Source: Chrysochromulina tobinii
Lineage: Eukaryota
Assembly: GCA_001275005.1 (NCBI GenBank)
Contig: JWZX01002168.1
Location: forward strand, 1 to 43,375
Length of the DNA: 43,375 bases
Direction of reading: 5' to 3'
Below the pieces are notes generated by a model. It was given only the letters and a program-made list of their open reading frames with translations, ran no database searches and was not told the DNA's origin. The position numbers and the translations under genes were made by a program. Positions within the stretch are counted from its first letter, which is position 1, and every line of letters starts with the position of its first letter. Of the stretch, positions 8,758 through 18,846 are shown piece after piece.

Positions 8758-10186
8758 ATGCCCGCTCCCTGGCTTCGTGCTGCTCTCCTCCTTGTCGGCG
8801 CTTCACCTTGCGTCGCAGGCAGTAAGCAATACGATGCTGGCTCTAAGCGCTTTGGTTACTGCGACGTCACAGATGAAGCCCGGGGCATCGATTGCACCAA
8901 CGGCATAAAGGTCTGCAACTGTGACAGCTTCAAATCACGCGTCTTCGGGCATTACCAACATCAATCAATGTGCACTGAGATGCCTGCGATGTGCACGGTG
9001 CAACTTTATCAGCTATTCAAAGGAGCAAGGCGACTGCAGCTGGTTCCACAAATGCGATCTGGACAATCTGACCCACGGTTTTGGCTTCACATCCGCAATT
9101 GTCAAGGGCACCAACGAGAGCCACTGGGCAGGAGTCGCGACGCCGCTCATAGTCCCAGTGCATGCTGCCACATTGGTGAATGGTGTCCTCATCGACATCC
9201 CCTCCACTGCCAGCCCGATGCTTCTGGAGATTGGTTCGTCAGACCGCAATACTTTGGACGTGGAGCTGCTTCCACAACTGCCTGACGCGTTTCTACTGAC
9301 GCTTGAGCCGCTCATCGACAAGTACGCACGCGCGCTCACACGCCGCAAGCCGCAAGAGAGTGTTGTGGACACGTTGGAGCCGCTTGGAAAGCATCACGAT
9401 CGAGGGATCATCCTTCCCATCGCAGTGGCGCCTGCACCGCCGGGTGGCGAGCAGCGAACGTTTTACGCAGCAGGTGGGTGCTCGTCGCTTCTCTCCGTGG
9501 CGCATCGGATCGACTTCGGGGAGTGGTGCCGTAAAATCAAGGAGACGCGTGCTGTCTGGACAGTGCCGCTGTCAACTGTGCTAGGCTGGGTGGGCACGCG
9601 TGTGGACTTTCTCAAGATTGACGCTCAGGGGATGGACTTGGCCATCATACAGTCCGCTGGGCCTCTGTTGCACAGGCGAGTGGCACGCTTTCAACTTGAG
9701 GTGGTGTCCGACGACTGTCGCAGCTTGTATGAGAACCAGCCACGATGCAGCGAGGTTGTGAACACCTCACGCATGCTGGGATTCGAACCCATCGGGGACT
9801 TTTCCTGCTGGCCGCCGTTGGGGCGCTCCCACCTGAACCATGCGTGTGAGCTGGAGCTGGTCTTCGCCAACTCTCAGCTTCACGGCAAGCCGCATCCAGA
9901 GTACGTGCTGCCGTACCAGAATGTCGCCTTCAATGGCTGCCGCGAGGCGTATCCGTCTCAACGGCAGGAAGCCCTTCGCCGAAATCCTCCCCCAGGTAAA
10001 GTGGTTGCCGTGAGACACAAGAATGTCGTTATGTTCGTGAGTGACGCATGGCGTGGACTGAGCACTCACAGTCACGGCCGCAGTTATATGTGCCCATGCG
10101 CTTGCATCGAGCCCAGCAAACGCGCAGCCTGGGGATGTATCACCAACAGCGAGCCTGATACCGAGCAGGGTTGCATTCTTTTCTGA
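8758..10186 (+). CDS. Secreted/Golgi Cys-rich-domain + FkbM-like SAM-dependent methyltransferase, with apparent frameshift near 8911
   Basis: A signal peptide and GYCDVT..DCTNGIK in one frame continue as SATV..CALRCLRCARCNFISYS..DCSWF in the +1 frame. Downstream motifs are MLLEIGSSDRN, LTLEPL, VDFLKIDAQGMDL and FQLEV (FkbM-type). Confidence 0.7.
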
Positions 10187-10502
10187 CACGGCGACGACCC
10201 CAAACGACCCCTTGATGCGCCTGTATGTCAATTTCGATGGTATTGGGCGCGTGAGCGACGGAAATGTACCCGCAATGTACACCTGCTGGCGAATGGAATT
10301 AGTGGCGCCCTCCACGGGCTGTACGAGGGCACGAGGGCGCCCCCATTGGTTGCCTTCTACCGTTCAGACGAGACACCGCGCGCGCACAGAAGCACACAGT
10401 GTCGAATCTTGGCGCCGCACGGCGAGCAGGGCATGTGTTCTGCGAGTGCGCGCCGGGGGAATCCCTGCGTGGTCGATTGTAGATAGATGTAGAGGTCCGG
10501 GG

Positions 10503-13500
10503 ATGCCCTTTTTGTCGAGGTGTGAACTGCGGTGTTCGAACTTGCCGATTGAGAACTCGTCTGATTTTCTGATTGCCGCGACAGCACTACGCGGGGGAGT
10601 CATCTTCGGTTCGTCGCAGAGCGTCGGGGCCATCCGGTTGCTCACGAACGGACGCATGCGCGACGAGATCGAGCGCGAGATCATCATCGAGGAGCTTCGC
10701 TGGCTCGAGGCGCGCGCTTTGGAGTCACGCCTCGTCGCAGTGGTCACGTCCTTCAACTTCGCCATCAGCAGCCGTAAGTTTGGCCTGTCGTTAAACGAGG
10801 CGAACGTAATCCTACGCATCGACGCGGACGGTCTCGCCGCTGAGGATGGCACGCTGCGCGTCGGCGATCGCCTCATCGCCGTCAACACGACGCCCATCAA
10901 CATCGGCGACAGCATCAGCGAGGTCATCTCTGGCCTTGACCAGGTGACCTTTGTCGTCGCGCGGCGTGTAGCGACCGAGCACGGGCTGCAGGCGCGGATG
11001 GCCGCCGCAGTGTCATCATACGCCAGCCCAGCCCAGCAGCTCAAGACACCCGCCGAGCTCGCCAAGGAGATCCAGGCGCAGGCACAGAACCCACCAGACG
11101 CGGGTGCGGAGCGCACGACGTTCGCGCAGGTGCAGAACGTAGTCGGCTCCGCCGTGTCGACCCTTTTCTCGCGCCAGTTCGGCAAAAAGGATGGGCCCGC
11201 GGCCAAGACGGGAGCCGACGGTGGCAACAGCAGCACGCCCACGCTCGCGCCTTCAGACGCGTCCACAATGGAGGACTTTGGCGCCATTGGCATCGACAGC
11301 CTCGACGTGGGGGCACCGCCACCGCCGCCGCCATCCTCTAGAGCGATGACCCCGCCGCCACTCCCGGCGCCGCTCCCGGCGCCGCCACCCTCGCAGCCGC
11401 CCGACCTACAGGCGAGCCTACGGCCGCCGCCGGTGAGTGGATCGAGGTCTGCGAGTGAAAGTGCGACCGCGGCAGCCAGCGCCGCGGCCGCCGCGGCCGC
11501 CGCCGCGGTGAGTAAGAAGCTCGGCACCTACTTCCCCACACGCCGGAAGACGGTCACGGGGGGTGCGCCGGCGCCGTCGGCAGCCGGCCTCGCGACGGGA
11601 CGCGACTCGCCCGATTTGGAAGGAGAGGGGGCGCCCACGACGGCGCTCACGACGGCGCTCACGACGGCGCTCACGGCGGCGCTCACGGCGACGGAGGGCG
11701 AGGGAGGCGGCGGCTCCTCCCCCGAGGGCGCGCCGTCGCGGGCGCCACGTGCCGAAGGAGCTCACGACAGCGCGCCCTCGGCTGCGGGAGGCGCCAGCGA
11801 CGACGCGCCCTCGGCCGTCGAAGGAGCCTCGCCGCTCTCGTGCGAGAGCGGCGAGGACAGTCCCAAATTTGGGAGGCACCGCATCGGCGACGCCGTGCAC
11901 GACTCCGACATCCAGACTGTGCTCGAGACCATCTCCCCGGGCCTCTCGCGATGGAGCCGGGGGCGCGATCGCTGGCTGGCGGCGGACGGGGCGGCGGCGC
12001 CGCCGCCGTCGGTCACCGCGCCCAACACAGCGCAGGCGCCCAACACAGCGCCCGCACCTGCCGTGGAGGGCGGCACCGGCGCTGTGTTGGGCACAGACGC
12101 TGTGTTGGGCGGCACCGGCGACGGGTGCACTTCCGCCCAAGACGGCGCCGGCGCCGGCGTGGCCCTCGCCGCCGCGCGCCCGCCGCGGCAGCTCAGTCGG
12201 CACCGGCGCACCGGAGCGACCAGCGGCGCGCCCACGGCGGCGCGCCCGCCGGCGATGGCCTCGCTGCTGCGCCGGCTGCCCTCGCTCTCGGAGATTGTGG
12301 CGCAGATCAGCCCGGAGCCTCCGCGCCCTGATGAGTTGGACTCCGCGGCCTCGGCAGAGCTCGCGGCGAGGCTTCGCGTTGAGAACTCTCCCGGGCTGCT
12401 CCAGATTCAAATCGTCTCCCTCCACGCCCCGCATGACGCCCCACTCGTGCATGCAAGTGCTCACCACGGCGTCTCTCCCGGTGAGGCGGTGCCAGCTTCG
12501 TCAGGCGCGGCGCCGGCTTCGTCAGGCGCGGTGCCGGCTTCGTCAGGCGCGGCGCCGGCTTCGTCAGGCGCGGCGCCGGCTGCAGCGCCGGCTGCGATGC
12601 CGGCGGCTAGCGTGCTGCTGGGCGTTCGGGTGGAGGCAGTCGGTTTGTGTGAGGTCGGCCTGAGTGTCGACACCTGCAGCGCGGCCGGCACGCCGGACTC
12701 AGCCACTCCCGATGCGGCCTGGTCGTGGCGGTTTGCGCACTGGATGTGGTGGCCCGTGCCGCACACGGTTGCGCCGTCGGCGATCTCGGCGATCCAGCTC
12801 AAGCTCAAGCTCATCTCGCGCGACGAGGCCCCTGGGCGCCGGTCGCCCGAGCTGCTGCAGGCGAGCTACCGTCCCGACCTGCAGGCGAGCTTGAGGCCAG
12901 GTGACTTGGGGAAGAAGGAGGAGGAGGCGGAGGCGGCGCTTGGGGTGGCCGAGCTCGCATTAGCCAAGGTGCTCGCCTCTCCTCACGAGGCGCTCCTCTT
13001 CACACTCCCCGTGCATGCAAGTGCTCACAACGGCGCCTCCCCTCACGAGGCGCTCGCCTTCTCACGCCCCGTCGCCCTCACCCCATCGGGCAATGGCGGT
13101 GTGCCCGTGAACGGCACCGACAGCGCCGCCGTGGGCGCTCACGGCAGCGCCGCGACGAGCCTTCCCGCTGCCGACGGCGCCGTGGTGGGCGTCTCCGCCG
13201 CCGACGGCAGCAGTGTGCCCACACGAGGAGTCGCCCACGACGGCGCCCATGTCGGCGCTCATGATGGCGCCCACCACGGCGCCCACCACGGCGCCTCTCC
13301 CGTGGGCACGCTGCTCGTGCGCGTGACGTGGCGCCCGACGCTCGACGTGCCCGACGCAACGCTCCCGCTCGACGTGTACGGGTTCCAGGTCCCGATGGCG
13401 CACGTGCTCGCCTTCCATCGCGTGCGTGTGTCCACCGGGCGCGATAGCACCATGTGGCTCTCTCAATGGAACGCCCTGATGCGCCGCACCGGCGTCGATG

Positions 13501-15984
13501 GCTCGCTGCCCGCCGAGGCCGCGCAGCTCGCGCGCTCGAAATTCGGCCGTGTGCCCCTCCAGCATCGGCCCCACGCTTGGTTGTGCCTCTCGGGGGCACG
13601 CGACCTGATGCTCGCCTCCGCAGTACCATATCGGGAGCTCGTACGACGCGCCGAGATGGGCGAGGCGCCCATCGACCGCGACGTGAGCAAGCAGCTCGAC
13701 CGCGACCTGCCACTGATGACCTCTGATGACCTCTGATGACCTCTTGATTGCTCCCCTCATCAGGTGAGCAAGCAAATCGAGCGCGACCTGCCACGCACTT
13801 TCCCACAGCATCGAGCCTTCGCATCCCCCACAGGGCTGCGCGAGGCACTGCGGCGTGTGCTCCTCACCTATGCGTCGTACAACGTCTCGGTCGGCTACTG
13901 CCAGTCACTCAACTTTATTGTGGCCATCTTCTTGTTGGTGGCGGATGAGGAGGGCGCGTTTTGGCTCTTGGTGGCCCTCTGTCGGACGGTGGTGGCGGAC
14001 TACCACACACGCGATATGAGCGGTGCGCGGCGCGCGCGAGTCAGGAGGCCTTGCATGCAAGTGCTCACCACGGCGCTCCCCTTCCCCACAGGGCTGCGCA
14101 TCGACACGGCCGCCTTCGTGACGCTGGTACAGGAGAAGCTCCCTTCGCTGCATGCGCACTTTGTCAAGCTCGAGGTGCCTCTCGATCTCTCTGAGTTCCT
14201 TTGAGTTCGTCTGAGTGCGCCTGAGTTCGTCTGAGTGCGTCTGAGTGCGTCTGAGTGCATTGCATACAGGTGCCTCTCGAGATCCTCGCCTCGCTGTGGT
14301 GGCTCATCGCATGCTGATTGCCACCCTCATTGCATGCAGGTGCCTCTCGAGATCCTCGCCTCGCAGTGGTGGCTCTGCCTGTACGCGAACGTGCTGCCCA
14401 CCGCCACGCTGCTGCGCATGTGGGACGTGGTGCTCGCGGGCGGCGGCGTGGACACGCTCGTCGCCTCATCCCTCTCGCTGCTGCGTCGCTTCGAGCCGCG
14501 CCTTAAAGAGACAGAGGTGAGCTGATTGCGACTGCTGATGAGCGTTGATTGCGCCCCTCATCAGGTGGGCGGCGAGTGCCGAAGCACTCGAATCTTGATG
14601 ACGAATGAGTGCGGCTGATGAGCGCTGATTGCGCCCCCTCATCAGGACATTGCGGGTGTGTATGCGGTGCTCGCCGAGGCCACTACCGCCGTCTGGGACC
14701 CCGACGAGCTCATGCTCTCGATGCAGGTGCGCTGATTGCCACTGATTGCCACTGATTGCCACTGATTGCCACTGATTGCCGTGTGGGACCCCGACGAGCT
14801 CATGCTCTCGATGTAGGAGGAGCCCCCGGCACTGATTGCCACTGATTGCCACTGATTGCCACCTACATCGATGCAGGAGGAGCCCCCCGGCACAGATTGC
14901 CACTGATTGCCACTGATTGCCACCTACATCGATGCAGGAGGAGCCCCCGGCACAGATTGCCACTGATTGCCACTGATTGCCACCTACATCGATGCAGGAG
15001 GAGCCCCCGGCACAGCGCCTGGCGATGCACGAGCAGCGCGAGAGCAAGCGCAAGGAGGTGCTCGAGGCGCTCATCCGAGACCTTCCATGCTCTGAAGCGG
15101 ACGTGATGCGACTGCTGCAGGTGCGCTGATTGCCACTGATTGCCACTGATTGCCATGGATTGCCATGGACTGCCACGGATTGCCACTGATTGCCACTGAG
15201 TGCCACTGAGTGCCACTGAACGGACGTGATGCGACTGCTGCAGCTCCATGATGAGGTGCAGCGCCGCCAAGGCTTCGTGCACAAGAGTCATTCGATTGCC
15301 ATTGCTGCCGCCGAGGCCGGGGTGCCCAGCTCGGCGGCCGAGAGCACCTCGCTGTGCGCCATGTGCCTCGATAGATACATAAGTGCAACCGACCTTGCAA
15401 GGCTGCTCCTGCTCGGCAGCCCGATGGCCGGTTTGGGGCTTGCCGCGCCCATCGGGTTCACGCGCTCTCCTGAGCGCTCAATACAGCGCGGCGCGCACCC
15501 GAAGAGGCCGCCGTTACAACGGTCTGGACGAACACGTGTGCTCCCGGAGGATGCGGTCGTGGCGGCCAGGACGAAAGCACTGACCGACGATCTGATCGCC
15601 GCCATGGAGGCGGAGGCCGCAGCGGAGGCCGCAGCGGTGGCGGAGGGGGCAGCGGAGGCGGAGGTGGCAGCGGAGGCGGCGGAGGTGGCGGCGGAGGTGG
15701 CGGCGGAGGCGGAAGTGAAGACGGCCGGTGACGTTGCTGAGGCTGCCAACGGCGATGCGCACTCCGACGGGGCCGCTCGGGACGGCGCCGCTCGGGAACC
15801 CCACTCCGACGGGGCCGAGAGAGCGTACAAGGCGGCGGTGGCTGCGTCGGAGGAGATCTTCCTTGTGCTCGACCCGGAGCATGTGGGCTCAATCTCGGTG
15901 CGCCAGCTGCTCGTCGCCTTCCACCCGCCCTCCGCAGAGCTCCGGCTCGCTATAGAGAGGGCGGGGCTCGAGCTCGTCGAGTGA
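10503..15984 (+). CDS. Rab-GAP TBC-domain protein with N-terminal PDZ, a central C2-like domain and a C-terminal EF-hand-like motif (~1,547 aa, 6 inferred introns)
   Basis: PDZ: KFGLSL..AAEDGTLRVGDRLIAVN. TBC: IERDLPRTF (Arg finger), YCQSLNF (Gln finger), EEGAFW, QWWLCLY, LLRMWD. EF-like: FLVLDPEHVGSISVRQL. Introns 13683-13763, 14023-14091, 14175-14339, 14517-14645, 14727-14997 and 15121-15243 give a continuous 4,644-nt frame. Confidence 0.85.
14727..15243 (+). repeat. Intronic (CTGATTGCCA)n arrays with ~60-nt tandem units copying the exon junction
   Basis: Many CTGATTGCCA decamers and three ...CACCTACATCGATGCAGGAGGAGCCCCCGGCAC units, inside introns 14727-14997 and 15121-15243. Confidence 0.9.
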
Positions 15985-16247
15985 GGCGTAGCACGAAGCA
16001 CGGAGCTGCCGTGCGTGCGGTGGGCGTCGGTGCGATTCTCGTCTGTGTGGCGTGGGAAAGGCTCGGCGTTTGAGGCTACGTTACATGTAGCTCGGATCCT
16101 TTGGCAGGACCTTCTAGACCTTCTCGAACTTCTTTATATTGCAGCGGATTCACAATATGCAGAGAAAATTCGCAGCTTCATTCCCCTTCCAAAAGTGGAA
16201 AAGAAGGTTTTCGCGCGATCGCGATCCATGCGGCCCACGACGCCCTC

Positions 16248-18033
16248 ATGAACCTCACGCTGCCCGCAGACCTCATCTGGACGGTGGCCGTCACTCCTCT
16301 CGAGGAGCAGCTGCCGCAGCCAACAAAGGCACCACCCCAACCCATTCCGATCCTCAAGTGCGTCCAGACCCCTGCACGCGCCTCGCAATCCTCCATCAGC
16401 AGCCCCTGACACGCGCGGTCTTTGTGTGCGCGCAGTCGCGTGGTCGTTAGCAACCACGCGGCAAAGGCGGCGTTGCGCGAACGCCGAGGCACGCATGATG
16501 CGGCTCATCGTGTAGTGATGCACGTGCCCTCGGCTCCGCCGGAGCTCCGCGTGATGATGTCGATCCCGACCATCTTCAATCCGAACTTGAACGGCATGGA
16601 GCCCATTTCCGACTTCCTTCCCAGCCCGAACGAGACGGTCGGCTTCAAGTGCGCCCCTCGCCTGTCGTGTCCTGATTGCCCGCGATGCACCGCGCGTGCC
16701 CATCTCGCAACGATGCCCGCGAGGCGCGCGCTCCCTCTCCCCACGCCATGTCTCCACGCCACCGCGTGGTTTTGTCTCATCTGCTTGCCCCCACCCTTAT
16801 AACCTCGCAGCTACAAGGTCGACGGGATCCTCGGCTCGGGCTCCTTTGCCACCGTCTTCCGCGCCGTGCACGAAGGCGCCCAGAACCGGCCCGTGGCACT
16901 CAAGTGCCTAAAGAACGCAAAGGAGACGATGGATGCCGGGCTGGGCGAGGCCCGGGTTCAATCTATGATCCGCCTACATGACCCACTCGGCCGCCGGCAC
17001 ATTGTGCGACTGCTCGACTGCTTCTACTACCGCGAGCACCTCTTTCTTGTGTACGAGCGCCTCAACGCGTCCGTCTCGGCGCACTGCACGCACCTCGAGA
17101 CACTTGGCCCGCGCGCGCGCGCTGAGTACTGGCACGCAGGCTCGATCGGGGCCCTCTCCATCCAGATGCTCGACGCGCTCGCCTTCCTCACCTACCTCGG
17201 CATCACGCACTGCGACGTCAAGACGGCCAACATCTGCATCGTCAACGCGGAGCGTCGCATCTTCAAGCTAATCGACTTCGGCTCGGTTGTCCTCACGCAC
17301 GATGCCCACATGTCCTACCTGCAGGTGAGTGCCACTGAGTGCTACTGAGTGCCCCCCGCCCGATCACCTCCCAAGTGCCTCCCGATCGCCGCGCCTCGGT
17401 GGTCCTCACGTGTTCGACACCCACCATGACGCCCACCCACCCCCTACCCTGCAGAGCCTCTGGTACCGCGCGCCCGAGGTGATCCTCGGCCTCAGCTGGA
17501 CGCCCAAGATCGACGTGTGGTCCCTCGGCTGCGTGGCCATCGAAGTCGCGCTCGGCTTCTTGCCCTTCCAGTTCGCGTCGACTGAGCTCGTCCTCGCTGC
17601 CCACAATGCTACCCGCGGGCCCTTCCCACCATGGATGATGGAAGGGCCACTCGGATCCATCTACTTCTCCGGCTCCGGCTGCGTGTACGAGATCGACCCT
17701 CGCGCCGCCGCCCCGGGCGCCTACCTGCTGCACGCCGTGCCCAACACGACGCTGACCGAGCTGCTCGTCCAACAGCTCGATCCCGCCATATTCGGCGACG
17801 TGGTCTCCTTCGGTAACTTCGCAAAGACGCTTCTGACCGTCGACCCCGACGTACGCCCTACTGCGGCGGAGGCGCTGCAGCACCCGTGGATGGCCTCGTA
17901 TGGTCTCCCCCCAATCGATCCTCCGATCGTGCCTGAGGGCCCGCTTCCCCCGATCGATCCCCAGTTCAATTCCCCGATCGGCGCGCCTGTGACGCCCGCG
18001 TCGTCGGACGAGGTCCCTCTGACGGCGAGATAG
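16248..18033 (+). CDS. CMGC/DYRK-related Ser/Thr protein kinase (~471 aa, 3 inferred introns)
   Basis: Exons 16248-16357, 16436-16648, 16811-17324 and 17455-18033 give YKVDGILGSGSFATV, VALKCLK, HIVRLLDCFYYREHLFLVYE, HCDVKTANI, DFGS, YLQSLWYRAPE and IDVWSLGC. Confidence 0.88.
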
Positions 18034-18846
18034 CCCAGAGGTACACCCGAGGTAGCCCCATACTATGGGCGCGGCAGAGCTAGGCGAGCGGACCACGGCA
18101 CCGCCGCGTAGACGCACACCGCGCAGCGCCTACAGCTACACGCGCGCCGTTAGACGAGTGGCCATCCCTCCGGCGATAAAGGTGTCGTCGATGGCATTTA
18201 GGATACCTGCCCGCACGCACGCGCCTCGAGAGATACTCATGGAGCAGCCCTACGGAGTAAGGCTGGTGAGTGATCGGCGCAGCGCGCGGTGCGCCTCTTT
18301 TCGCTCTCGACGGGGGGTGCGGCAAGGGCGGTGGTTTGGCGGTGGTGGATACGGTTGGGGAGGGCGTAGGCGGAGGCAGGCATGGTGAGTGACGCATCTA
18401 GCGTGCCGCTGCTCCACGAGATGCCGGCCCGACTGCAGTTAGACTCCCTGCGGTCGCGGCCGCTCCGTGACGGCAGACATACGCTACAAGTAGAATCTAG
18501 ATCAGACGGTGCACACAGTCACATCCAAGCCGGACCGGACGGACGGCGCAAGGAGGTCTTAGTGTGTGTATTCTAAGTATTAAGTAAGTGAGTAAAGTAA
18601 TCTGTATTAAGCAATCTCCAAGCACAAGCAAGGTGACGCGAATATTCGTCAGTGTCATTCGGCGACGCGATAGATTAGAGAGTGAGATTATCAGTAACAT
18701 ATGCCTTCAATCGAATCCCATAAGTCGTTCAGTCAACCGGCGCTGCATCATTTTCTTTCTCTCTCCCGCGCGTGCTATGGATCCCGGATTCCCACCAATC
18801 CCACGTGCAGGCCGTCAGGAACAGGACGAGGCTGCCGCTTTGGCGG

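Noticed and set aside
8911..8927. 17-nt GT..AG micro-intron
   Set aside because: It is too short, and removing it does not give the methyltransferase frame.
14727..15243. Repeat-spacer-like arrays resembling CRISPR
   Set aside because: The 'spacers' are copies of adjacent exon, there are no cas genes, and the context is eukaryotic introns.
14466..15291. ORFs with repeated QWQSVAISGN / LIATDCH peptides
   Set aside because: These are translations of the intronic decamer arrays, not proteins.
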